Shown here one piece after another: positions 12,193 to 26,300 of a stretch of DNA of 64,000 nucleotides. A model generated the notes under the pieces. That model saw only the letters and a list, made by a program, of their open reading frames with translations. It made no database searches and was not told the DNA's origin. Source of the stretch: Octopus bimaculoides (lineage: Eukaryota); the NCBI RefSeq assembly GCF_001194135.2, contig NC_068981.1, positions 131,841,555 to 131,905,554 on the forward strand, written 5' to 3'. Each line of letters starts with the position of its first letter. The first letter of the stretch is position 1. The position numbers and the translations under genes were made by a program.

Positions 12193-14289
12193 AAATCCTG
12201 GAACAAGTTACTGGTGCATATTTCAAGTAAAAGTTTTTACCAAGCCATCAGTTGCTTGTGATAATGTACAAAATCTGTGTCATTTAGTACACTCTGTTAG
12301 AAATCACTAATTGTGATTTTTACTCATTTCACCTTCTCCATTCTTTTCCTTGGAAATATTGGGATTAAAAATATTCAGCTTTAGATACAAATATCAGAAA
12401 AGTATGATATCACTACCAGTCCAGACTTTGTGATCAGATTTGTTTTGCAATCTTTTTATATCCAAATAGCTGTATTAAGGTATTTTTGACACAAAATTCA
12501 TCTGACGAAGGAATTGTCTGGTAAAAATGGCATAATCTTTCATAAAGCAAATTTGTTGGCAAAGATATTTTAAAAAACTTCATGAAGGATATTTCTGGAA
12601 AGTGAAATCATATTCAGAAAATGTTTGCTGTTTAGTAATACAGAATTTTTTTTTTTTGTGAAAAAAATGCAATCATCTCTTCTCAGTGTTGTTTCTATCT
12701 TTCTAGGAAAAGGATACTAGGCTTCATTCAATTCATTGCAAAGTTAAACTTAACCAATGCCACTGTTTTCATCATATAACACTGTTGTTAGCAAACTGCA
12801 GCTGTTTTAATATAAAGTTTGTTTGTCATTTATAAAATAATGATAAAGACAATACACTTTCTTTGGAAGTATGTATAAATGAAATGTTATAAGAGAGCAA
12901 TGTAACTGGGAGGAGATGGTGATGTGGAAAGTGCAGTAGGAATGAATACCATAAAGTTAATTAAAAGTAATTTTGTGGGGAAAATTTTCAATAAATAATG
13001 CACTACTTGGTTTGCCTATGTAATATATGAAACGTGTGTAATAGTGTGTATAGATATATGGGAATGTAAATGTTTCACTTTGATTATATAATAAACAGGG
13101 CTCTATCTCCTCAGGCGTCTTCTAGTAAGTGACAATATGGCCAAGTCATCATTAACCATAGTTATCTGAAACACAGTAGGAGTCAAATGATAACAGTATC
13201 AGTTCTCCAGATAAAGAGTTATTTTTATATCTCATGCTGTGCATTGGGCAAGATGATGCACTTCTGTTCTGTTTACTTTGTGACAGCAAAACAGATAACA
13301 AATCAAGTGATCAGGAAATGGAGAACAGCAGAAGTAAATGTTAACTCGTTAACATAGGCCAAATGATTGGATGATCTTTGAGGAACTATTATATATGTAA
13401 ACAAATTTCATTATTCTCCCTTGTAATGACTGTTATGTATGAAAAGTTACCATTGTTATATCTTATTTTCTTATATGTATCTATGATGTGTTTAATACGC
13501 CTTCTTTCTAGCAAAATATAAAATAAAATGTTTTATTATAGCACATGCACTATTTTTTATTAAAAACAACTACTTTTTTGTAATATATTGGTGTACTTTT
13601 TTTTTTATTTGCTTCATTATTTCTCATCTCTTCTTTATGTCCAAGGATGCTTGCTTGTCTCAGATCAGGTAGATGGAAGAAGTGAGTAAAATTGCTACTC
13701 TTAATAGAGATAACGAGATGGAAATTATTTCCTTTTAGATGCACATAGTGAAGTTCCATGTGGTGGTGGTGGTACTCAGAATAAAGAATTTCATGTAATG
13801 ATTGATATGGATGTTAAGAGGCAAATAATTCCAAAAGAAAAGTGAGGAGAAAAGAGATGTGTGGTAAGAATAGGGTCAAATTGAAATGCTATGTCCTGAA
13901 AAACAGTTAATTGTAGCAGTGGTTGCAGAGGTGGAGAAAGGATACAATGTTAGGACAAAGAGTGAATGTTTTCAGTAAAAGAAGGTTTATTAGTTAAGTT
14001 GGTGCAATGCCTAGGCACAAGAATAGTATTTCATAAGAGTTATGCTTTGTATGGTAGAGGAGAGGCAGAGAATAACACATAGAAAGGGTGAGAATAAAGG
14101 CTGGAAGTGGGATGAAGGAAGGAACTTGTTGCACAAGAATAAGGGGATGTAATATGTCAAAGAGGAGTGGTGGTTTTTTAGAGGGGAGTAAGGAGATGAA
14201 TTGTGGAGAATAGCTTGATAGGGTAGTATGAGTGTAGGGTCAATGCCCAGCTTGTACCAGCATAGACAAAATGGTTTTAGGATCTCATA

Positions 14290-14700
14290 TTTGCCATTAT
14301 GAATGGGTTTTCTCAAGCACAACAAATCGCCAATCTTGACCCTTTATCATCTCTTCTGTGAGGCTTTGCATTTTGAGATCAGCCTTCACTACTTCATCTC
14401 ATGTCTTCTTGGGTTTTCCTTTTGCACAAGTTCCATCCACTTTAAGTGGTTGACACTTCTTTATGCAGCTGTCCTCATCCATATGCATCACATTACCAAA
14501 CTAGTGCAGTCTTCTCTCTGCAACAGATCTGATTCCTCTTATGCATAGTTTCTCTCTCAGTACATTAGCACTGCCATAAACGCACAGATATTACACATTC
14601 AACAGAGTCTCTAGTCTTCACATGTCCTCAGAGCCCATGTCTCACTACCATGTATTCTTTTGCTTGTACACATGCATCATACAATTTGCCTTTCATTCAG
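14290..14700 (-). mobile_element. Decayed RTE LINE 3' remnant
   Basis: Minus strand is similar to the ORF end at 39580-39990 (KGKLYDAC..HGSETW..MDEDSCIKKC). Confidence 0.6.
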
Positions 14701-15445
14701 ATAAATTTATATGACATACTTTCAGGCAGTTTCCATCAACCAAATTCACTCCCAAAGCATTGGTTGACCTAAGGTTATAAAAGAAGACACTTGCCCAAGG
14801 AACTGTGCAGTGGAACTGAACCTGAACAAAATGGTTGCAAAGCAACCTTCTTAACCACACAACCATGCCTGCACTGGAATATTTTTGGATAATTTTGTTT
14901 AATTGGATGACAGGACCATCTAACTAGTTTATTTTTTTTATATATATATGTAAGTAAAATCAAAGGATAAAAATAAAGTTATTTATAATTCAAAAATTTG
15001 ATTTATCAAATTATATACAGGTGAAATAAATAGAAACTTATGTAACTGTTTTCTTCACCATTCATAATAATGGTTTCATATTTTGGCACAAGGCCAGCAG
15101 TTTTGGGGAAAGGGGCATGTCGGTTACATTGACCCCAGTGCTGAGTACTTAGATGTGTAAGAATAGATACATGTGAATCTTCTCAACATATATGTATGCA
15201 CACATGCACAAACATGTATACACACACATATGTAGGCACTTGTATATTATAGTTCTCAATAGAGTGGTTATATCAATCAAAGTATACAGTATTATAGATC
15301 CATTTCAGCCAAGCTAACCAGTAGGTTTTGCACTGGCAATAAATAACCAGATAAGTAACACCACATACTGTTATCTAATATCTGATTATTTAATACCCAG
15401 TGCAAAACTAATTATTTGTTAGATCAACTCACAAGTATCTTTTGT

Positions 15446-15992
15446 TCAGTCTGTCTCATCCTCCTTACTATGTTCCCTCATGTACTGATCAACAGTATAT
15501 TCTGACTGTTTTTTGTCACAAGTATTTTTTTGCCTGACGAGGCCTTTAAGAAGAATCTTAGCATCTTTGATGTCATTTTCAACAATATCAAATTTTGAAG
15601 GTTCAGTTTGACCTTTCACCTTGTTGATGAGTCTAGTATAATTCAAGTCATAGGCTTGATATGTAAATTGAGTTGTAATGCTAGAAGAAATCTCATCAGA
15701 GTCTTCACTGGAATCTGACGCAGGAGTCTTTTCTGTAGTAGTTGTATTTGAGTCATATTTAACTTCTAAATCATTGTCATCAATTTGATTTTGCAAAGGC
15801 TTCTGTCTATCTTTGAGTATCACTTTTGGTTCAGACTTGAGTAAATCATAGTCTGAAGTTGATTTGAAATCAATACCCATATCGGCCTCTTTTAACAGTT
15901 CCAGTATCTTTACGTAGTTTACACTGGATGTATCTGGCACAAATACAATTGGTGGGACGGTACCAACTAAATGGTAATCAATCAGATGATGT
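15446..15992 (-). CDS. RBFA: RBFA exon 5 (terminal)
   Basis: aattacag acceptor, HHLIDYHLVGTVPPIVFVPD..., stop at 15446-15448. Confidence 0.92.
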
Positions 15993-18900
15993 CTGTAATT
16001 ATACAAAGAGTTTTGGAATTGTTATATGATATGAAACCAAACATTCAAATTGTTTTAAAGAAAAGCATGGGAAAATGTCTTTTACTATAGCTTTGTGGGT
16101 GAAATTGGAGAGAGAGAGAGTGACATTTTACAAAATATAGTCAATTAAATGTGCCAGTTCTTAGATGAACATCACTACCTGGCTCTTAGGTGCCACTATG
16201 TTCAAAGCATTCATACTAAGTCCCTGTTTTGAGGATAATATTTGTTTTTTGACTTGCTTCAATCATTGGACAGTGTCCATGCTGTGACACCCCTTCATGA
16301 GTCAGTACCTGTTCTGTTGGTCTCTTTTGCTGAAATGTTATGTTACAGGGATGTAAACAAACCAACAAAGATTGTCAAGTCGTGGTGGGAGACGCACACA
16401 AAGACATACATGTGTGTGTGTGTGTGTATATATATATATACGCACGCACACACACATATGTAATGGGCTTCCACACATTCCCCATCTGCTAAATTCACTC
16501 ACAAGACGCTTACCCAAAGTGCTGTGAGTCAAAACCACATGGTTGCAAAGTGAGTTTCTTAACCACATAGCAACATCTGCACTTTAAAGTGGATTCCCCC
16601 CCCCCCATTTCTTCCAATAGTCTCAAAGGCCCTGCCAAAAGGTATGGCTAATATCCTTTCCTCTTCTATAAGACATAAAAAAATATCCCTAAAAATCAAC
16701 CATCCAGAACCCATGACCAGATAGTGAAACACATCTACATATCTCTTCTAACAAAGAATGTGGAAGAAATGAGAGAGAAGAACTCAGTGATGGAGCAGGA
16801 AACTATATATTGAGTGATGTCAACCATTTAAAATTTTGATTTTATTGACTCAATAAAAGAATCAAGACTCATTTAAATGAATCTATGTGGCTCAGATATT
16901 TTCAATGTTTCTTTCACTAACCTTTAGCTGCCAAACTTGCATTTTTGGATGCTAGTCTTTAAGGAGTTACAGTAATGTCTTAAGGTTACAAAAGAATGGC
17001 TTCGAATTTCCGGGAAGAAGTTTAATATAATTAACTAAACTCAGTACTTGAATCTGTTTATCTTTCAACTTCTCGAAGATAAAAGGGAAATTTATCAGTA
17101 TTTGAAGTCTCGTTGTTAAAAACCCTTAACTTAAAGAAATTCAACTATTTAGATAATGATTTTTTTTCTCCTTACAAAGGGTGTAATTTTAATTAGTTAA
17201 AATTTGTTGCCTCACTCTATTAAGTATGTTAGCAACCATTTTACTATCTTTTCATCCAATTACAATTGGAAAAACATTTCACTGCTTAAGTACCTCCCAC
17301 TGTCAGTTGGTATAACTTTTATACCAAAGACACACACATACTACCACCACTACTGCCAGCAGCAGGTCAGCTTTGATAAAACATCATAGACAACAAAAGA
17401 GCAGTAAAAGGTTATATTTTTGCTTACCTTATGGAATAAGATTTCTTGGTCAGCATATCCTGAATAATATCATCTTTTTCTGTTCCTGTTGCCACCCAGT
17501 AAACAGTCACAGCTGTAAAGTCATTATCAATCTTCACCTGTAAACAAATACTGATTTATTATTATTTTTTTTTTTTTGATTTAGCATAAGGCTATGTTTT
17601 CTTAGGTTCTAAGTCAATTGAATAAAATTAATGGTAATTATTCTTACTTATTTTACTATAATTTCTAGCATACATATCAACATGATATATAGTATAAACA
17701 TTCAAACTTGCTGCATTTCACATGGAATTTTTGGTCCTGCAAAATCTTCCTGATGTATAGGTAGACCTACCCTTTATCAGCTGTAAATTTTGACATGTAT
17801 ATTGGAAAATACAGTTTTATCTTAGAGGAAGACCTATGTAGAACTAAGCCGAGTACAGTAAAAGAACATTATCCTCAGCCTTGTCTGAAAATCAATATCA
17901 AATCTTTACTTTGAAACATGATATATTTGCCATATGTTGTAAGGAAAAACTATCAACACTTTTACGAAGCATAAGAGATTATTTTCTTGTTTTTCCACCT
18001 GAGCTAAGTAACCATTTCAAAAATCTCACAGATTCATAAGGCTAATATTGACCTCTGGTTCCTGGAGCATAAAGTAAAATAAGACAAATTTCCTATTGGG
18101 TAGGAACAAACTACATTGCAGGAAATTTTCCCAAACAGATGAACAAAAGCAGGCATAATTAAATGTGCTCTTTTTACAGTAACACAGTAAAAAATGATTC
18201 TGGATGATCTATGAACCAGTAGTTCAATACCTTAGCCAGTCTTCCAAGCCAACAAGAGTTGGAAACAGAAATTAATTAGAATTTCATGGATTGTTGCAGA
18301 AAGAGATATACAATTTGGTGTTTTTGTACATACCAAACCATCATCTCTAATATGTAACTAAATTCTTATAATTTAGTTAACAGAGTTGAATTACTAAAGA
18401 AGAGTGATATGTATAAAGTATTACTAGAAGTAATGTATAAACTTGTTTCATAAACCCTTAGTCCAACAACTTACTTATGCAGTATCTATAACTTATTGTA
18501 CTGACATCATTGAAGAGTCTTAGGGAAAAAGCATCATATACACAATCATCAGAAATCTAGTAACATACATGCATGCATACCAGGTCAAGTCAAAAGTTTT
18601 TTTTGTATTTCAAGCTTTAATTAATAGTTCAAACAAATTACATGCAAAATGTGTTTACTCATCAAAATATATCTCATCATATTTTATTGTCTGTTGACAT
18701 TTATGTGTCAGAAGCTGAATTCCATGCTTGTATCATTTGATTGTTTTAGAGGCAAAAAAAACTACCAGCAGCTATCTTCAACCTCATCCACATTGTTGAA
18801 CTACCATCAGTACAGGAAATAAACCATGGCTTGAAAAAAGGTGGTAATGCAAAAAGGTGATAGTGCAAAATCTGGACTGTAGGTAAGGATGAGGCAGCAC

Positions 18901-20293
18901 TTCCAGCCCCTCAAGTTAGTACTTGGTCACATTGGCAGAGTGTGTTGGGAAACTGTTATGCTGTAGGAGAGGGTGACTTCGATTGATCAATACTTGGTAG
19001 TCAACTTTGAAAGCATCATACACTCACTTCAGTTGTTGAGCACAGCGGTTCACAACATGGCCATCTGGGACAAGCTCCAAGTGCAATATCTCCTTGAAAT
19101 TCCACCAAACTCACAACATGACCTTCTGTTCAAACTGCACTTATTTGACAATAGGTTCTGATACCTGGCCGGAAATAAGCCACTGATTTCTCTTATTAGG
19201 ATTACACAAAATAGATATCGCCAGTTACAATTCGACTCCAAAAATGGTCATCTCAAAGATTTACCAGCAGTTGTTTGGAAATGTTCACAATTCATTTAGT
19301 TTTGTCATTGGCCATTTCATGAGGAACTTCTCAACAGCATCTGTTCACAAGGCCAAGCTTATGAAGGAGTCGATGATGCTTTGTGAAGGATCAAGTTCTG
19401 CTGGCAATGTTCGAGTGTTTGTGCTTGGCAGTCATTCAACCATTTCAAGCAAGACCTCATCTATAACAGAAGGGCTCCTTAACATGTGTTTGTCTTCGAG
19501 GTTGGTGTCACTTTCCTTGAAATGTCTGAACTAGTTTTGTGCCACATGTTTGTTGACAGTTCCTGAGTCTTCCACATCTTTTGTTGCTGTCCTTGCACTC
19601 AGTCCTTTTCCCCTCAGGCTAACCAAAGCCTTGCAAGTAGATTTGGTTCATGGAAATTGAAAGAATCCCATCATATATGTATGTTTATATTATATTTAGG
19701 TCACAATATATGGATTCAAGTAATCCAGTAGTACTCATAAAAAAAAAACAACTCCTTAATGTATCATTCTACAAAACATAAGATATATAATATGACAAAA
19801 AGAGGAAATCATAGGGAGTGTATAAAGTGATAAATGATGAGAGTAACAGTATGATGAAAATTCATTTAACTATAAGAAAATTTTCATCATACTTGAGAAG
19901 TGGCTGTGTGGTAAGTAGCTTGCTTACCAATCACATGGTTCCGGGTTCAGTCCCACTGCGTGGCACCTTGGGCAAGTGTCTTCTACTATAGCCTCAGGCT
20001 GACCAAAGCCTTGTGAGTGGATTTGGTAGACGGAAACTGAAAGAAGCCCGTCGTATATATGTATATATATATGTGTGTTTGTCCCCCCAACATCGCTTGA
20101 CAACCGATGCTTGTGTGTTTACGTCCCTGTAACTTAGCAGTTCGGCAAAAGAGACCGATAGAATAAGTACTAGGCTTACAAAGAATAAGTCCTGGGGTCG
20201 ATTTGCTCGACTAAAGGCGGTGCTCCAGCATGGCCGCAGTCAAATGACTGAAACAAGTAAAAGAGTATACTATTCTTGTCATTTATAACTTTA

Positions 20294-20324
<31 letters not shown>

Positions 20325-23300
20325 TCTGAGCACATGGGTTTATATATACTCTTGTCAATGTTGCTTCCAGGCTTTTTGAAAAATATTACCTTGCTTGGAA
20401 ACAAGTGAGAGTTGGCAACAGAAAGGACATCTAGCCATAAAACAAATCTGCCTCAACAAATTCTGACTGACCTACGCAAGCATGGAAAAGTAGACATTAA
20501 ATGATGATAAACTTTAAGTTTTACACTTCAGTAAAACATACCCCATTTAACAACACATGACATTGAAAAAGTTATACAGTGCATTTCAGTATTAAAGAAA
20601 AGAGTTTAGTTAAGAAAAATGAACCAACTTTAGAGATTTCAACGCTTTCACTGATATTTTCATGGTCAAATTCAATAAGATCTGAAATATAGTGATAAAA
20701 CACTTTGCTGATCTGTTCCAATCGTTTCTGCCTGAAAGGATTAATTTTTTTCTTAGCAGGACCAAAAACGTTTGGAATGTTCTGGAATGAAGAAAAAGCA
20801 AACATGTTTATATATATATAAAACTATAAAACAGAGTTTGTGTGTGTGTGTGTATGTTCCTTATGGATTTGAAAACTGAGTTGCCAATTTTGACGTATGT
20901 GGTATCAAAGATTCAGTAATCTTTTGGCTACCAAATAAAGTATGTTTTTTGTACAACCATTCTTTTTTACTACATAAATAACCTTGAAAACGAGATCGGG
21001 TCACAACATTTTGAGGTCTTTAGCTAAGGGGGGCAACTCTGTCTGAACAATCTTTACATCTTAGAGAGTAATGAGAAAATGTTTAAAATATATGGAGTTT
21101 TACCAGGGAATGAAACTTCGAAGATATATCATCAACTTTATTAGTATTATTTAGTAGATAATCTTTTATTGTGAAGTATGTTTGTCTGTGTTTTGTTTNN
21201 NNNNNNNNNNNNNNNNNNNNNNNNNNNNNNNNNNNNNNNNNNNNNNNNNNNNNNNNNNNNNNNNNNNNNNNNNNNNNNNNNNNNNNNNNNNNNNNNNNNN
21301 NNNNNNNNNNNNNNNNNNNNNNNNNNNNNNNNNNNNNNNNNNNNNNNNNNNNNNNNNNNNNNNNNNNNNNNNNNNNNNNNNNNNNNNNNNNNNNNNNNNN
21401 NNNNNNNNNNNNNNNNNNNNNNNNNNNNNNNNNNNNNNNNNNNNNNNNNNNNNNNNNNNNNNNNNNNNNNNNNNNNNNNNNNNNNNNNNNNNNNNNNNNN
21501 NNNNNNNNNNNNNNNNNNNNNNNNNNNNNNNNNNNNNNGGATGTTCAATATGAAGTTTTGAACTCATTATGTTGTGGTTAGTAATCCATTACCTTAAATC
21601 TGAAGCCATTAAGTCTTTAAACATTATTTTAATGGGTTTAGTCCTTCAAAAATTTAATTGATCATACTGACCTCAGTACGTATTTCAATCTGGCATTTAT
21701 TTTATAGATATCTGCTTGATGAACTGCTAACTTTGAGACATAGTGGGACACAATACTCGATTTAACAACAAATGTAAACACACACACACACATTAGGTGC
21801 AAGAATGACTGTGTGGTTGAGAAGTTTGCTTCCCAATCACATGGTTCCACGTTCAGTCCCTCTGCATGGTATCTTGGACAAGTTTTGTCTACTATAGCCC
21901 TAGGCCAACAACAGACTTGTGACTGAGTTTGGTAGATGGAAACAAACAGCGCTGTTCATCAGAAAATGACCAAAAAACATGTTTATAAAAAGACGTTTGC
22001 TTCATACTCCTCATGTGCTGATTCTGCCCATAAGAAAGGAACAAATAATACAATGTGGTTGTAGGTCATAACACCTGGGCAATACCGGAGTGCATTGCTA
22101 GTAGAATATATTCCAATATTTAAAACTTTTATTTAGTAAACACCAAGTATTTCATTATATTTGAAAATTCAAAGTGACAGTGGTCAAAAATATATCATTA
22201 AGTTTGTTCATATTTTTTATTTCAATCTCTGAAGAGATAAATTTATTTACTTTCAATCAGAATAGATACCACTAACCCTAATCTAATCTTTGGAAACATG
22301 CTACAGTATATGTTTCATGCTACAAAAGAGTAATCCATCTGACCCTGCCAGCTAAGGCCTTATCACTCAAAATCTAAGACATGGAAACAATTGTTCACAA
22401 AGACCTTTTCTATCACTTTGAGTCTCTCTCTTCCCCCTCTATGATCAATATGGTTCCCATTATGCCAGATCTATTGGAAATTTGCTGAACAGAGTCTCTC
22501 ACATTAGAGAAATTCAAAGCAATCAATTATATTATGTTTAACAACTTCAAAGCCTTTAACAGTGTTTGGTATGCAAACCTTGTAGTTAGGTTGCTTGTCT
22601 ATATTCCTTATTCAATCTTAATTCTTTATAATGGTAGCTCTCTGTCAGACTGCACCACTGCAAATATACTGATAGGTATTCTATCCAAACATCCACATCA
22701 TATCAACTCTAGTGTACCCTAAAGTTTGGTAATGTCTCTCACACTTCTCATTCTGTACATTAACAACTTATTTGCTTCACTCTAAACAACAGAATTCTTT
22801 TTAACCCTTTAGCATTTAAACTGCAGCCTCACAGCTCATAACCATTTGTTGTATGCACTGGTATGGACATGTCCTCCATCTCCCACTAGATCATTCCACC
22901 AGGACTTTACTCTTATTCAACGCAGCAGCTGCAGGCTGAAAGAGGCCTCATGCCAGGCCCCACACTAGATGGATGGACATGATGGAGAGGAAGATTTCCA
23001 GAAGCTCAATGTCACCTTGGAGGATGCAGAGGGGCTGACACAGGACCACAAGCTATGGAGAGCACTGGTGGACCTGGTCAGCTCTATGCATGATAACACC
23101 TCTGGGACCACTAACTTGGAATGACCCCAGCCCCATCAAGCAAAAGCATAAAATCAAAGCAAGAAGAAGCATATATGGCCCAAATATTCTACTTCTTTTA
23201 TGTTCAATCCAGTCAGAGCCAATCTCTGACACCTGCCCTACAATATCATTCAAAAAATAAACAATCACACCATTGAAATTTGAAAGCTATGAGACAATGC

Positions 23301-26300
23301 ATGATTAATTCAAAACAATTTGAATAAATAAGTGTTACATCTGACAGAATAATCTGAATGTTGAAGGATTAAGATTTTTGCATACATGTGTCATCTATGA
23401 CAGCTTCATCTCTTTCAATAGACAGACACAATCACTACACATATCGAGTGAACAGTCTTGAACATCATCCTCTCTAGTCATGAATGTACATCCGAAACAT
23501 TTGAATGTCAGGTCTCAAAATTTCTGTTATGATGACTTCACATAATACATGACAGTCAACCCTGTAGGCAGCTCAAATTATCATGAGAGTCTTTTCATAC
23601 TAGATAAAATGGTGGAGGAGCAGTCACTAATACTACTTTTGAAGAACTCCTCCTGGATGGGTTGCTAGTCCATCACAAGGTTAACTCCTGAGTGAACTAG
23701 GGTAATGTGAAATGAAGTACCTTGCTTAAGGACACAATATGCAGCCTGATCTAGGAATCAATCACATAACTTTATGATTGTGAACCAAACATCCTAACAT
23801 CTAGGACATGTGCCTTCATTCACACACATGTAGCATAGCCAAAACAGCATCAGACACCACAGTTCCTCTTTACAACCTGAAAATACCCAAACCTATCCTA
23901 ACTCCCTACAAAGCTGAAATAAAAACCAATATTGGCGTACTGCTGTGATTGCAGACACGAACATCATAAACCAAGAAAGAAGGCCATTCAACTAAATGGC
24001 AAAGGTTTACTCACCAACACATTTCAATCACTAATACACAGGCTCACAATTCTCTCTCTCTTTCTTTCCCTCTCCCTTTTCTATTGCTACTACAATGGCT
24101 TCCGATACTCTGAACTAGCTAGCTGCATATTCTCCCATGCAAGCTCACTGTCTTTTCCACTCATCACTCTTATTCTTTTTCATCTTCCAGATTCCACACT
24201 GAACACTTTCATAGTCCTTCCTCCTTACATGTGCAACCCATTGGAAACCCATCTGGTTTTTCATACTGATGATGATCTACAAATGTTCAAACTCAACATC
24301 AACCACACCAATCTCACCAGGCTGTGGATCACCCTCTTCCACATTTAATTAGCTTATATTAGGTTGTCAAGAAAGTTCTTGAGGTTTTTAACCTTTAAAT
24401 TCAGATGCACATATTTTGGCTCAAACAAAACTTTATTAATCGAAATAAACACCATCAGAATCAACACATTTTTGCCAACGCAAAACAAGTTTATTTATGC
24501 CAGTAGCGTAAAAATCCTGCGTTCTGGTGGCGATGAAGTCGTTGAAGGCGTGTTTGGCATCGTCTTGGTTTTTGAAGCATTTCTCATGCAGGAAGTTGTG
24601 AAGATGCTTGAAAATGTGGTAGTCGGTAGGCAAGAGGTCTGGTGAGTATGGCGGATGAGGCAGAGTTTCGTAGCCCAATTCATTCAACTGCTGCAGGGTC
24701 AGTTGTGCAACATGCAGCCGAGCGTTGTCGTGGAGAAGAATTGGTCCTTTTCTATTGACCAATGCTGGCTGTTGTCGGAGTTTCTTATGCATTTCATCCA
24801 TTTGCTGACAGTGCTTCTCCGCCGTAATGGTTTCATCTGGATCCAAAAAGCTGTGATGGATGAGACCAGCCGCAGACCACCAAACAGTTACCATGACCTT
24901 CTTTTGGTTCAACTTTGGCTTCAGGAAGTGCTGTGGAGCTTTGTCAGCATCCAACCACTTAGCTGAGCATCGCCGGTTGTCGCAAGGTTATAGTAAAAGA
25001 CACTTGCCTAAGGTGCCACGCAGTGGGATTGAACCTGGAACCATGTGGTGGGAAGCAAGCTTCTTACCATACAGCTACGTCTGCAAGAATACAGTACAGT
25101 AGCATGCCATTTTATTAATGACTGAATTTTCAACTGGTTGCTTGGTACTTTACTGACTGAGCCGACTATGTCTCATGCAGGATCTCATAAATGTGATATA
25201 TTGCATATAGGTTTATACCTGTCACCAAACTCAACTCACCAAAATTAGTTTTCGATGGGAATTTTAAAAAAATTATGATAGAGAAAAGAAGAAAGAAGGA
25301 CTAATTGTTAGCTACTTCATCTAAATCAAAGTTATAACTTACTAGGTGGTGAATTTGCAAAAATAGTAATGTTTAGGATCAAATATATCTTGGTATTTAA
25401 CTGCAACTCTCTAAGTTCTAAGTTCAAATCCTTCTGCAGTTGGTATCAATTTTACTCCCTCGGGGGTTGGTTTTTAGAGTTTAGCACGATAGTAGACTTT
25501 ATCAAGCAGACCCATTATCAAAGACATTCCAACCACAACTATCCAGTTTTTTTTTCCAGCATGGTATATTTAGAGTACATTATCAATGTATCTCTTTGTG
25601 TTTTTTTAATATGATAGGATGTAATTTGAGGGAAATTTGGCAACTGTTTCTAGCAGACCAACTGATTGTGTGAATCTCTCTCTCTCTCACTGGGATCGAT
25701 ATGCTGGTACAGCAATCTCCCTCTTAAGTACACAACTCAAACCTAACCACTTGTGCATACTTAGCTGGTAGGTGCATACATAGCAACAGCATTATTAAAT
25801 CAGTTGCACAAATGTATGCGTGCCACCAATCACTACAAGACTCATGTATGCACATGGTTTTAGATCATATTTGACTTTGCATGACATGTTTAAACAATAA
25901 ACTTCACAAGATATCACATGCCTTGAGCCGTTAGTACTATTTAGATGTTCATCAATGTTGCCATAGAACAAATTGTTGATAAACTTGAACCGGGGATTCT
26001 TGAAGATTTTGTGCATACTTATCCGGGATGTGTACTTATCTGGGAGGTTACTGTATTATATCCCACTATTCCCATACATGTGGGGGAGCATGACCTAATG
26101 TTTAAGGTGATGCACTTATGATTGTAGAATTGTGGTTTCAATTTCTGGACCGGGTACTTCATTGTGTTCTTGAGCAAAACACTCATTTCCCATTGCTCCA
26201 ATCCACTCAGCTAACAACAGTGAATAATCCTGCAATGGACTAGCATCTCATCCAGAGGAGAATATTTATGCTACAGAATCTGGGAAACTGGCCTTGTGAG

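Noticed and set aside
24436-24954. SETMAR host gene
   Set aside because: No SET-domain exons, 5'-truncated, has a TIR and lies in an RBFA intron; it is a plain mariner fragment
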